Shown: positions 37,843 to 47,989, counted from the stretch's first letter. The stretch: 64,000 nucleotides of DNA from an uncultured Clostridia bacterium (GCA_934101145.1 CAKOPZ010000004.1:11652-75651); one strand, 5' to 3'. The notes: generated from the letters alone by a model not told the origin. Numbers and translations: made by a program.

Positions 37843-38084
37843 ATTTATAAATTATCCTCCTTTCAAAAAGTGCATTTGCAAAACTTCTCTAGTTATGTCA
37901 TTATATTACTATAGATTCAAAATTGTGTCAAATTGATTAATGAATAAACTGGCAAAAACTTGTTCTTGAGTATTGATTTTTATATTCTTACATGATATAC
38001 TAGTTCTTGTAGGAAATGAGAATAAGCAGATGTGGTTTGCCACTTTTAATCCACAACTTATGTTGTGAGTGAGGAGGTGGTGCT

Positions 38085-38195
38085 ATGATAGAAGCAGTTT
38101 TATTAGAAATAATATATCTACTTTCATTTGGCTTAATTGCCGAAACTATTATAGTGTTTGCCTTAATTATACTGGTTATAATTTTAAGCAAATAA
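38085..38195 (+). CDS. 36-aa hydrophobic peptide MIEAVLLEIIYLLSFGLIAETIIVFALIILVIILSK
   Basis: GGAGGTGG SD 6 nt upstream. Paralog of the copy B peptide. Confidence 0.55.
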   Translation: MIEAVLLEIIYLLSFGLIAETIIVFALIILVIILSK

Positions 38196-38283
38196 AATAA
38201 AAAAAACACATCTGTACTTGCCCGGTTAGATGTGTTTTTTACATATTCAGTGGTAAACCACGTTTGTGGATTCTCTATTTCCT
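38196..38283 (-). ncRNA. Predicted antisense RNA of cassette C
   Basis: Minus-strand promoter at 38318-38290. The AAACACATCT/AGATGTGTTT hairpin is flanked by A and T runs, so it can terminate in both directions. Confidence 0.4.
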
Positions 38284-38340
38284 ACTTTTATTATAATCAA
38301 TTGTGTTCAAAAAGTCAATAAAAAAGGAGAAAATTTTGAA

Positions 38341-40201
38341 GTGTTTGATATAGAGGAAGAATTAAAGAAATTGCCTGGAAAACCACGGTGTATATATTAT
38401 GCATGATAAAGATGATAAGATAATATATGTTGGAAAAGCAGTTTCTTTAAAAAATCGTGTAAGGCAATATTTTAGAAAAACTAATAAAACAAAAAGAATT
38501 CAAAATATGGTAGCTTTGATAGATCATTTTGAATATATTGTAACAGATAATGAAGCAGAGGCACTTATTTTGGAGTGTAATTTGATCAAAAAAAATATGC
38601 CTAAATTTAATGTATTGCTAAAAGATGACAAAACATATCCATACATAAAGGTAAATGTAAAAGATGAGTACCCAGATGTGTATATGACTAGAAGAATTTT
38701 AAATGATGGTGCAAAATATTTTGGACCATATGCATCTGCAGGTTCTGCAAAAGAAATGATAGAATTTATAAAATCAAAATTCAAAATAAGGCAATGTAAG
38801 AATTTTAAATACAAAGATAGGCCTTGTTTAAATTATCACATAAAAAAATGTTTAGCTCCTTGCATGGGTTATGTTTCAAAAGAAGAGTATAGAAAGCAAA
38901 TAGATGAAATAATTGACTTGCTTGAAGGAAAAACTGATAAATTGATTAGAGGTTTGTCGCAAGAAATAAAAGAAGCATCAGCAAAAATGGAGTATGAAAA
39001 AGCTGCATATTTAAGAGATAAAATGATTGCTCTTGAAAGAGTGTCTGAAAAGCAAAAGGTTTCAAATATTTCTGAAAATGATATTGATGTTATTGGGATT
39101 GCAAGAAGTGAGCTTCATGTTTGCTTGGAAATATTTTTTGTTAGAAAAAGTAAGATGATAGGAAGAGAACATTACTTTTTAGATGAGTTTCAAGATGAAA
39201 CAGATAGTGAAATTTTATCAAATTTTATTAAACAGTATTACATGGATAAACCATTTTTACCAAATAAGATTATGATAAGAGAAGAGATTGAGGATAAAGA
39301 TTTAATAAGCAGTTTACTTTCTCAAAAAGCTGGCAGAAAAGTTGAAATAAAAACACCTCAAAAAGGAGAAAAGTTGAGATTTGTTGAGATGGCTGAAAAC
39401 AATGCAAAAATAACACTTGAAAATAAAGAAAAAGATAAAACAGCAATTTTGCTTAGCTTAAAAGAAGTGTTAAATATGGAAAAATTACCAAGAAAAATTG
39501 AGACATATGATATTTCAAATATTTCTGGACAATTTATGGTTGCCGGTATGTGCGTACTTCAAGATGGAGTTATAAAAAAGAATTTATCAAGGCGTTTTAA
39601 GATAAAAACTGTGTTTGAACAAGATGATCCAAAGTGTATGAAAGAGGTTATAACAAGAAGATTAAGACATTCTGTAGATATTTTAAATGAGAGCAAGAGT
39701 AGTGGGTTTGGTGCACTTCCTGATGCAATTTTTGTTGATGGTGGCATTACACAAATTAGAGCTTGCAGACAAGCAATTGATGAAATAAATAGAGAAATAA
39801 AAGAAAAAGAAGAAGAGTATGGAGTGACTGAAAATAGAGAAAAAGTTGACATCAAAGTGTTTGGTATGGTAAAAAATGATAAACACACAACTAGGGCTTT
39901 GATAAATGAAAATAAAGAAGAAATACCTCTTTCACATGAACTTATGATGCTTATTACCAATTTTCAAGATACTGTACATGATACAGCAATTGGATATCAT
40001 AAGATGCTTAGGGATAAGTCAATGAAAAAATCTAGTCTTGACGATATATCTGGAATTGGAGAAGTGAAAAAGAAAGAATTGCTTAAGAAATTTGGAAGTA
40101 CTGCTAAGATTGCAAGTGCGGATATTGAAGAAATTGCTAGAATAAAGGGAATTAATATTGAGCTTGCTAAAAAAATAAAAGATGAGCTTAATAATATGTA
40201 G
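38341..40201 (+). pseudogene. uvrC: Excinuclease ABC subunit C with +1 frameshift in codon ~16
   Basis: GTG 38341 (RBS AGGAGA) gives MFDIEEELKKLPGKP. An extra C at ~38385 breaks PGVYIMHDKDD. The track ORF restarts at ATG 38399 without the GIY tyrosine. The rest is a full UvrC (YVGKA, UvrBC, RNase H-like, HhH). Confidence 0.75.
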
Positions 40202-40551
40202 TATTTTGGAGTACGAAAGCCAGCATATTTCATATATCACAATCATATAATTATAGTAATATGGCACATTGGGGATAGTGCGAAAATAAAGAAGGGATTG
40301 TGATTTTAATATGGAGTATACTAAAGATGTTGTTTTTAATGTTCATTATGGACAAGATGTTTTAAAGGAAAATGAAAAATTGAGTGCTTTTAAAAGAATT
40401 CGACTACTGTTAAATAGGCATAAAATGATAACAGCTATAGTTTTAATTACAATTATGTTTATGATATTTGATCTTATGCTTGTTTCAAGTTTTATAGAGG
40501 TATTAAGTAGTATGAATTTATAGAGGCAAATATGGAAAGGATAAATATAGT

Positions 40552-41409
40552 ATGAATGTAGCAAATGAGTGGAAAGATTATGAGATATTAGATATGGCAA
40601 ATGGCGAAAAGCTTGAGAGATGGAAAGATATTATTCTTGCAAGACCTGACCCACAAATTATATGGAAAGAAAAATCTTATCCTGAAAAATGGAAAAAGGT
40701 AAATGCAAGATACATAAGAAGTAATACTGGTGGAGGTCATTGGGAATACTCTAAAAAAATGCCTAGTAATTGGCAGGTTAAATATAAAAATTTAACTTTT
40801 AATATTAAACCAATGGGATTTAAACATACAGGTCTTTTTCCAGAGCAAGCTGTTAACTGGGATTGGATGATAAATAAAATTCAAAATACAAAAAGAGATA
40901 TAAAAGTACTAAATTTGTTTGCATATACAGGGGGTGCAACAGTTGCTTGTAGCTATGCAGGTGCATCTGTATGTCATGTAGATAGCTCAAAAGGAATGAC
41001 TTTGTGGGCAAAAGAAAATATTGTATCATCTGGACTTAAAGATAGACCTGTAAGATTTATTGTTGATGATGTTGTTAAATTTGTAAATAGAGAAATACGT
41101 CGCGGAAATAAATATGATGCAATTATAATGGATCCACCTTCATATGGTAGAGGTACAAATGGAGAAGTGTGGAAATTTGAGGAAAATATTGCAGATTTAG
41201 TTAAATTATGTACAAAAGTTTTATCAGATAAACCACTATTCTTTTTGATTAATTCATATACAACAGGAATTTCTAGCACAGTGCTTGAAAATATTCTAAA
41301 GCTTAATATAAAAGCAAAAGGTAAGTTTTCTTGCGGAGAAATTGGACTACCTATGACTGCATCTAGTATGATTCTTCCTTGTGGAATATATGGAAGATGG
41401 GAGAGTTAA
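40552..41409 (+). CDS. Class I SAM-dependent methyltransferase (RlmI/RlmK C-domain-like)
   Basis: LNLFAYTGGATV (motif I) and IIMDPPSYGRG (motif IV). Confidence 0.7.
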   Translation: MNVANEWKDYEILDMANGEKLERWKDIILARPDPQIIWKEKSYPEKWKKVNARYIRSNTGGGHWEYSKKMPSNWQVKYKNLTFNIKPMGFKHTGLFPEQAVNWDWMINKIQNTKRDIKVLNLFAYTGGATVACSYAGASVCHVDSSKGMTLWAKENIVSSGLKDRPVRFIVDDVVKFVNREIRRGNKYDAIIMDPPSYGRGTNGEVWKFEENIADLVKLCTKVLSDKPLFFLINSYTTGISSTVLENILKLNIKAKGKFSCGEIGLPMTASSMILPCGIYGRWES

Positions 41410-41412
41410 AAG

Positions 41413-42111
41413 ATGAGTGATATATCAAACAAAATAAATGTAATATATGAAGATAATCATATTATAGTTGTGGAAAAGCCTGTAAATATTCCATCACAAG
41501 GAGATAAAACAGGGGATATAGATATGCTTACTTTAATAAAAGAATATATAAAAGAAAAGTATAATAAACCTGGAAATGTCTATCTTGGGTTAATTCATAG
41601 ACTTGATAGACCTGTTGGTGGAGTTATGGTTTTTGCTAAAACTTCTAAAGCAGCATCAAGATTAAGTGAGCAAGTAAGAGAAAAAGTATTTCAAAAAAGA
41701 TACTTAGTTATTTGCAATGGCAAAATGGAAAAAACAAATGGAACACTTGAAGACTATTTACTTAAAAATGAAAGAAATAATATGAGCAAAGTTGTAAAAG
41801 AAGAAAGTAAAAATAGCAAATATGCAAATTTAGATTATGAGGTTTTAAAATATGATAAAGATTTGGATTTGTCTGTTTTAAAAATACTTTTACATACAGG
41901 AAGACATCATCAAATACGTGTGCAACTTGCAAGTAGGGGGCACAGCATTTATGGTGATCAAAAATATGGAGGAAGGGGTCATGGCAAGCAGATAACATTG
42001 TGGGCATATAGTTTAACAATACTTCATCCAATTACAAAAGAAAAGATGGAGTTTAAGGCAATTCCTCAAAAAATAGGCAGTTGGAAGATTCTTGAGGGAA
42101 TAGATATTTAA
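41413..42111 (+). CDS. RluA-family pseudouridine synthase
   Basis: HRLDRPVGGVMVFAKT catalytic motif. Confidence 0.85.
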   Translation: MSDISNKINVIYEDNHIIVVEKPVNIPSQGDKTGDIDMLTLIKEYIKEKYNKPGNVYLGLIHRLDRPVGGVMVFAKTSKAASRLSEQVREKVFQKRYLVICNGKMEKTNGTLEDYLLKNERNNMSKVVKEESKNSKYANLDYEVLKYDKDLDLSVLKILLHTGRHHQIRVQLASRGHSIYGDQKYGGRGHGKQITLWAYSLTILHPITKEKMEFKAIPQKIGSWKILEGIDI

Positions 42112-42215
42112 TAATTATGGCTTTTTAAGTTATAAAAAATTTAATACATAAATTATGCAAAATACTATATTGTTAAAATACTACACATTATAAATTATGT
42201 AAATTTTACAAAAAT

Positions 42216-42269
42216 GAAAAATCATATATAAAAGTGAAAAATATCACTTTTTGTATATGATTTTTTTTC
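42216..42269 (+). terminator. Long hairpin terminator after the pseudouridine synthase gene
   Basis: GAAAAATCATATATAAAAGTGA / TCACTTTTTGTATATGATTTTT stem followed by a T-run. Confidence 0.7.
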
Positions 42270-42341
42270 ATTTGTATATAAAGTAAAAAAATGTAGAAAA
42301 ATAGTTGTAATATATATACAGAAACAAAGAGGGAGGCAAAT

Positions 42342-42965
42342 ATGATAGAAAAAATTTGTGCCTACATTGTAAATCAAATGAGAAAACAAATGCCAGATAT
42401 AGATGATGAAAAAGCAGAAGTTATTACATATGGTATTGAACTAATAATTGGAGAAATTCCAAAAATTTTCTTACTATTTGTACTTAGTTTTATACTTGGA
42501 ATTGGATGGTATACAGTTTTTGCATATGTGGCACTCATACCATATAGAGCATCTTCTGGAGGATTTCACTTAAAAACACATATTGGATGCATAGTTGGAA
42601 GTAGTTTATTTTATTATGGAATAGTATATTTAAGTAAATTTATTACATTAAGTGTATTTCAAAAATATATTCTTATTGGACTAGCTCTTGTATTTGGAAT
42701 AATTATGGTTAGCCTATATGCTCCAGCAGATACAGAAAATATTCCAATAATAAGCAAAAAAGAAAGAAAACGAAAAAAAGTATTATCATATATAACACTT
42801 GTACTTACACTTATAGCTTCAGTATTTATAAAAGATAGTATTATTTCAAACATATTAATATTTGGAGTAATTGTTCAAAGCTTTATGATAAGCAGACTTG
42901 CATATTTACTTACAAATAATAAATATGGATATAAAGAATATCAGCAAAAAGAAAAATTAGCTTAA
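42342..42965 (+). CDS. agrB: AgrB-family autoinducer-processing membrane protease
   Basis: 207-aa polytopic protein with the RASSGGFH motif typical of AgrB. Confidence 0.8.
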   Translation: MIEKICAYIVNQMRKQMPDIDDEKAEVITYGIELIIGEIPKIFLLFVLSFILGIGWYTVFAYVALIPYRASSGGFHLKTHIGCIVGSSLFYYGIVYLSKFITLSVFQKYILIGLALVFGIIMVSLYAPADTENIPIISKKERKRKKVLSYITLVLTLIASVFIKDSIISNILIFGVIVQSFMISRLAYLLTNNKYGYKEYQQKEKLA

Positions 42966-43040
42966 ATAAACATATGATTAATATAACATTGATACGGCCG
43001 GCAATGTTTTATTATATAAACACTAAAGGGGGAATTTTAT

Positions 43041-43160
43041 ATGTTAAAAATGTTAGCTAAAATAGCAGAAAAATATGCAAAGGCAACAAATACAACTTGT
43101 GTTTTATTTAGTATGTTACATCAACCAAAAATGCCTGCATCTTTAATAAAAAAAGACTAA
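43041..43160 (+). CDS. agrD: AgrD-like autoinducing-peptide precursor (39 aa)
   Basis: MLKMLAKIAEKYAKATNTTCVLFSMLHQPKMPASLIKKD has an amphipathic leader, a single Cys and a downstream HQP..P..L tail, as in clostridial AgrD. GGGGGA RBS. It is missing from the ORF track. Confidence 0.65.
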   Translation: MLKMLAKIAEKYAKATNTTCVLFSMLHQPKMPASLIKKD

Positions 43161-43199
43161 TAAAGTGGGATAATAACATTATATAAAAAGATAAATAAT

Positions 43200-43232
43200 A
43201 AACGATTTCTTAAATTATTTAAGAAATCGTTT
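43200..43232. terminator. Bidirectional terminator between the agrD-like and agrC-like genes
   Basis: Perfect 16-nt arms AAACGATTTCTTAAAT / ATTTAAGAAATCGTTT. Confidence 0.7.
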
Positions 43233-43242
43233 ATTTGGGGAA

Positions 43243-44601
43243 TTAATAGTAAATTTCAAATTGTTGTTTAAACATATCAGAAGATTTTGTTGTAAATAAA
43301 TTTAGATTATTATTTCTTTTTAATATTTGTCTTACTTTCCAAAGTCCAAGTCCAGAGTTTGTTTCACTTGACTTGCTAGAAACACCTTTTTCAAAAATCC
43401 TTTCTGTATCAACATCTTTGTTATTATATGTATTTTCTATAATTACTAAAATTCTATGTCTACTATCTTCTTTTCTAAAAGAAACCTTAATAAGTTTGTT
43501 ATCACATTCCTTGGCAGCTTCAATAGCATTATCAAGAAGTATTCCAAGAATTCTTGTAAATTCATATATTTTCATATGTTGTTCAATTTCATTTAAATCT
43601 AAGAAAATATCAAGATTTATTTGTATATTCTGCTCATCTGCATCATAATACTTAGTTGAAAGAATATTATAAATTGCAGGATGATTAATTACTTTTGGAT
43701 TTAGAGAATACAAGTTATTTGTTTTATTGCAATCCTCCAAAAGTTCTTCATAAAATTTTGTTAAACCTTCCATATCATCATTTCTTATATAACCACCAAT
43801 ACCATTTACAATATTATCAAAATCATGTTTAAAAGTTCTAACAGTATCATGAAGAACCTGAAGAGAATGAAGTGTTAGTTTTGTACCTTCTAAATCTCTT
43901 GTTGTCATTTCAAGTTTTGATGATCCAACAATACAATAAATACTAATAGTAAAATATGCAATTAATCCAAGTATATCTATAAAAGTTATAAGTGATGGCA
44001 TAGTATTGCTAAAATATCTAACTAAGTAAAATTGTGAACCAAGAACAAGTGCCATCAGTACTAAATTTGCAATCAAAAGTGTTTTGGCCCTTGTGCTCAT
44101 GTTATCAATAACACCAATATTAATCTTTAAGTATTTAATTATTAATGTAATAAAGTAAATAGTTAAGTAAATACTAAAAGCAGAAATTATTCTATATAAA
44201 GGAACTGTCATAAGATGGTTCATTGTTATATGAAATACGTCAAATGCAACATCAGAACAAGTAAAATCTAATATCGAAGTTAATGCCATAGTAATAACTT
44301 CTGATAAAATACTTTTTAAAATAGTTGTCTTAAAAATAAAATATACCATTACTGGCCATAAAATTATAGTTACAAAAACTGTATATGATGCAGGTACAAT
44401 AAAATTGACTAGACATCCTAAAGAACCATAAACTAATACATAGATTAATTTTCTTATTTTATTTGCTTTTATATTTAAAACTGTAGTAAAAAATTGCATA
44501 CCAATAAACGCTTCTAGATATGAAAGAGGAATAAGTAAAATTTGTACTAAACCCTCATTAGGTGTTGTCAGTAAAGTTAAAATCTTTTGTAAAATATTCA
44601 T
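43243..44601 (-). CDS. AgrC-like sensor histidine kinase (HPK10, GHKL)
   Basis: 6-7 N-terminal TMs, H-box FKHDFDNIV, N/G boxes (LLDNAIEA, GLGLW). Confidence 0.8.
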   Translation of the reverse strand: MNILQKILTLLTTPNEGLVQILLIPLSYLEAFIGMQFFTTVLNIKANKIRKLIYVLVYGSLGCLVNFIVPASYTVFVTIILWPVMVYFIFKTTILKSILSEVITMALTSILDFTCSDVAFDVFHITMNHLMTVPLYRIISAFSIYLTIYFITLIIKYLKINIGVIDNMSTRAKTLLIANLVLMALVLGSQFYLVRYFSNTMPSLITFIDILGLIAYFTISIYCIVGSSKLEMTTRDLEGTKLTLHSLQVLHDTVRTFKHDFDNIVNGIGGYIRNDDMEGLTKFYEELLEDCNKTNNLYSLNPKVINHPAIYNILSTKYYDADEQNIQINLDIFLDLNEIEQHMKIYEFTRILGILLDNAIEAAKECDNKLIKVSFRKEDSRHRILVIIENTYNNKDVDTERIFEKGVSSKSSETNSGLGLWKVRQILKRNNNLNLFTTKSSDMFKQQFEIYY

Positions 44602-45298
44602 TATTAAAAACCTCCTTAAAATTATTTTTATATTTAGGACCTATGTAACATTCGTCATTATTGCTAAAAAATATTGTGTTAGATGAAAAATCTATATTAT
44701 CAATTTTATCCAAATTAACAATATATGACTTATGACATCTGACAAATTGTTTAGGCAATAAAGGTGATATTTTGTTAAAAGAATTATATACTTCATAGGT
44801 TCTTGTATCTGTTGTAAAAACAAGTTTCATGCCGTCTTTTTGAATATACTTTATAGAATTTTCTGGAATTATAGTTTTATTTTTATCAAGTCTTAAATAT
44901 TTTATATTGTTTTCACTAAAAGCATCATCATAGAGTCTTAAAATAGTTTCTTTGAGTCTTTCAAAAGTTAGAGGCTTTGAAATATAATCAAATGTTTTAT
45001 ATTTATATGCTATAAGTCCATATTCCAAATGACCTGTGATAAAAATAATATATATATTTTTATCCTGAGTTCTTATTTTTTCTGCAAGTTTTAAACCAGT
45101 TATATCTGTATTTAAATCAACATCCAAAATTACGACATTTACGGGATGTGTTTCAACATATTTAAGTAAATTGTATGGGTTAGGTGTAGAAAAAACAACC
45201 TGTCCTTCCAAATTTTCTTGAATGAAAATAGAATCTAACATTGCTGAAAGTTTTTTGATGGCGGTAGGGCTATCGTCGCATAACACAAAATTTAACAT
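44558..45298 (-). CDS. LytTR-family response regulator (AgrA-like)
   Basis: Receiver domain (LCDD, ILDVDL) plus a LytTR domain. GGGGGA RBS upstream of ATG 45298 (the track ORF extends to 45406). Overlaps the kinase gene start. Confidence 0.8.
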   Translation of the reverse strand: MLNFVLCDDSPTAIKKLSAMLDSIFIQENLEGQVVFSTPNPYNLLKYVETHPVNVVILDVDLNTDITGLKLAEKIRTQDKNIYIIFITGHLEYGLIAYKYKTFDYISKPLTFERLKETILRLYDDAFSENNIKYLRLDKNKTIIPENSIKYIQKDGMKLVFTTDTRTYEVYNSFNKISPLLPKQFVRCHKSYIVNLDKIDNIDFSSNTIFFSNNDECYIGPKYKNNFKEVFNNEYFTKDFNFTDNT

Positions 45299-45594
45299 AA
45301 AATCCCCCAAACTATTAAAAAATAGCACCGAAACTGGAAATATAGTACGATAAGTAACATTCGAGTTACCTAAAAATTTCCAATTTGTGATAATAATATA
45401 ATCCAATTTTTTTCAGTTGTCAATATTTTTTTTATAAAAGGGAAAACTTGTGTATCCTGTCGAACCGTAAAGAAAAATGAAAAACGAAAAGGAATTAAAT
45501 GGAAAAACAATAAGACTAAAAAATCTTTAGTTATTTTTTTATAACTTTCTTCATAGGATTAAATAAAAAGTAATATGGAAAGGTAAAATTTATT

Positions 45595-46026
45595 ATGGAG
45601 AAAAAAAGATTAATAATAGTATGTATTTGCATAATTGCAATTTTAATTTTATTTGTAATATTAACTAATATGAATAGTGCTAGAAGTATGCAAACAAGTG
45701 CTTCTACAGTAAGTAATAAAAAAATTGGTTGGGGAATAAAAAGAAACAATAATCATACTCAGCCAGAGGTTGGAGCAGAAAATAAAAGGATAATAGAGAA
45801 ATATAATGGAATATGTATGGGAAATAGCGAAAAACCATATATATACTTAACATTTGATAGCGGGTATGAAGCAGGATATACAAAAAAGATATTGGAAGTT
45901 TTAAAAAGAAACCAGGTTCCTGCAACGTTTTTTGTAACAGCACATTATGTTAATAGTCATCCAGAATTAATAAAACAAATGATAGATGAAGGACATATAA
46001 TAGGAAACCAATTTCCACTTAGCTAG
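45595..46026 (+). pseudogene. pdaA: 5' part of an interrupted PdaA-type polysaccharide (MurNAc) deacetylase gene
   Basis: TM anchor, WGIKRNNNHTQP, YLTFDSGYEAGYT, TFFVT and DEGHIIGN, then 6 unrelated codons and a stop. Authentic coding ends near 46010. Confidence 0.8.
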
Positions 46027-46034
46027 ATGTACCA
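46023..46034. repeat. Left terminal inverted repeat of the element
   Basis: CTAGATGTACCA, the exact reverse complement of 56901-56912. Confidence 0.8.
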
Positions 46035-46268
46035 AATTTAGAAAATGATGAAAGCTAGATAAATAGCCTTTTTACAAAGATTTTTAATAACGAATTGAAT
46101 TATCAATTTGTTATTTTTTTGCCTAATTTCATTATTTGAAATCATATATACAAAAGAAATATGCTTAAAAATTGTCAAAATCAATTTAAAACAATTTTAC
46201 AACATAATTCGACAAATTATTAGCATAAATAAAAAACAACCCAAATTTTAAATATGGAGGAAAATAAA

Positions 46269-46580
46269 ATGCAAGAAAAAAATTCAATAAAAGTATTAGA
46301 AAATTTAGGAATAGGAATGTTTTGCAATGTGGGACTACCACTAACAAATTCAATGTCGAGTGATGTAATATCTATTTATTTAGAAAAAGATAAAGACGGA
46401 AGATACAATTTTTATGATGGAGGAGGATCAATTGGAACTTTTAAAATGTCAAAAGACTTTATTATAAAAAGAGATATAAAAATATCAAGAGTAAATAACG
46501 AAGAAAAAACAAAACATTTATATACAATATTAAAAAAGCAAGAAATAAGGGACAAGCATAATTTAAGAGATAGCAGATAA
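46269..46580 (+). CDS. Unknown element-borne protein (~103 aa)
   Basis: GGAGG lies 8 nt upstream of ATG 46269, with a hairpin terminator after the stop. Confidence 0.45.
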   Translation: MQEKNSIKVLENLGIGMFCNVGLPLTNSMSSDVISIYLEKDKDGRYNFYDGGGSIGTFKMSKDFIIKRDIKISRVNNEEKTKHLYTILKKQEIRDKHNLRDSR

Positions 46581-46678
46581 ACGAGTTGTAGAAATGCAAT
46601 TCGTTTTTTGCTTTTACATATCAGTGAAATAACATAGTCATATTTTATGACTAAAATTCAAAGAAAGGAGGTAGCCAA

Positions 46679-47455
46679 ATGACAAAAACAAAAGTTATAG
46701 CTATTGCGAATCAAAAAGGAGGTGTAGGAAAAACTACAACAGCTTTAAATTTAGGCGTAGGACTTGTGAATAATGGTAAAAAAGTATTGCTAATTGATGC
46801 AGATCCACAGGGAGATTTGACGACTTGTCTAGGATATAGAAATCCAGATGAGCTTGATAAAACAATAGGAACTGTACTTGATAAGGTAATAAAAGATAAT
46901 TCATTAGAAGAAAACGAGGCAATATTACATCATAATGAGGGAGTAGATTTAGTTCCATCTAATATAGACTTAGAAACAATAGAAGTAGGACTTGTCAATA
47001 TTATGAGTAGAGAACATGTTTTAAAAAGCTATATTGATCGAGTAAAAAGCAAATATGATTATGTGATTATAGATTGCAGACCTTCATTAAGTATGATTAC
47101 ACTTAATGCACTAGCTTGTAGTGATAGTGTAATTATTCCAGTGCAAGCTCATTATTTATCAGCGAAAGGAATGACACAACTAATTCAAACTATAAATAAA
47201 GTACGCAATAGAATAAATCCTAATCTAAAGATTGATGGAGTTTTAATTACTCTTGCAGATATGCAAACAAAGGTAGGAAAGACAACATTGCAAACACTAA
47301 AAAATAATTATGGAAGTAAAATAAAAATTTATGACACAATTATTCCACAAGGAGTAAAGGCAGTAGAGGGGACAATGGCAGGAAAAAGTTTATTTACTTA
47401 TGATAAAGATAGTAAGCCAGCTATTGCTTACAATAATTTTTGTAAGTATGAGTAA
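46679..47455 (+). CDS. ParA/Soj-family partition ATPase with 3' end replaced by IS sequence
   Basis: Deviant Walker A NQKGGVGKTTT. The native C-terminus is lost after ..PAIAYNNF. Confidence 0.8.
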   Translation: MTKTKVIAIANQKGGVGKTTTALNLGVGLVNNGKKVLLIDADPQGDLTTCLGYRNPDELDKTIGTVLDKVIKDNSLEENEAILHHNEGVDLVPSNIDLETIEVGLVNIMSREHVLKSYIDRVKSKYDYVIIDCRPSLSMITLNALACSDSVIIPVQAHYLSAKGMTQLIQTINKVRNRINPNLKIDGVLITLADMQTKVGKTTLQTLKNNYGSKIKIYDTIIPQGVKAVEGTMAGKSLFTYDKDSKPAIAYNNFCKYE

Positions 47456-47957
47456 ATATTCGAGTGAATTTAAATTAGAGGTTGTAAAATATTATTTAGA
47501 AAATAATGTTGGATATCAAGCAGCAGCCGACCACTTTGGTGTAGCATATTCACCCGTTATTAGATGGGTTAGAAAATACAAAGAAAATGGATATGTAGGA
47601 TTAATGAAAAATCAGAGAGCAAGTTATAGTGGAAATTTTAAACAAAATGTAGTAGAATACATGCATGAGAACCATTTATCATGTCAAGAAACAGCATTTC
47701 ATTTTAATTTAGCAGGAGATTATGTAGTTAGTAAATGGGAACGTATATATTATGAGGAAGGACCACAAGGTTTGTATATAGAACGACGTGGAAGGTCGAA
47801 AAATATGAGTTCAAAACCAAGAAAGAAAATTTCAAACAAGGAAGTTAAAGAAGATTTAATTGCTGAAAATCAAAGGCTTCGAATGGAGAATGAATACTTA
47901 AAAAAATTAAATGCCTTAGTTCAGGAAAGAATCAAGCGAGAGAACAAGAAAAAGTAA
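47448..47957 (+). CDS. IS3-family transposase OrfA (HTH)
   Basis: MSKYSSEFKLEVVKYYLEN.., leucine-zipper-like C-terminus, GAAAAAG slippery-like motif at 47948-47954. Confidence 0.8.
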   Translation: MSKYSSEFKLEVVKYYLENNVGYQAAADHFGVAYSPVIRWVRKYKENGYVGLMKNQRASYSGNFKQNVVEYMHENHLSCQETAFHFNLAGDYVVSKWERIYYEEGPQGLYIERRGRSKNMSSKPRKKISNKEVKEDLIAENQRLRMENEYLKKLNALVQERIKRENKKK

Positions 47958-47989
47958 TTGTTGTCGATGAATTAAGGCACAAATATAGC

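Larger units (their letters stand above)
37972..38318. other. Peptide/antisense cassette copy C (type I TA-like)
   Basis: Plus strand: TTGATT-18-TGaTATACT (37972-38001). Minus strand: TTGACT-17-TATAAT (38318-38290). 5' TAGGAAATGAGAAT..GTGGTTTGCCAC versus 3' GTGGTAAACCAC..ATTCTCTATTTCCTA. Hairpin at 38204-38237. Confidence 0.6.

Noticed and set aside
42140-42210. Direct repeats upstream of agrB (AAAATACTA x2; ATAAATTATG(C/T)AAA x2) as LytTR/AgrA boxes
   Set aside because: The spacing and sequence do not fit the 9-bp/12-bp-spacer LytTR pattern I know, and AT-rich repeats like these arise easily by chance.
45407-45594. Sporulation sigma (E/G/K) promoter upstream of the split pdaA
   Set aside because: Only weak CATA-type -10 resemblances (for example CATAGGAT) are present, with no convincing -35 at the right spacing. 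The compartment of expression cannot be inferred from the sequence.
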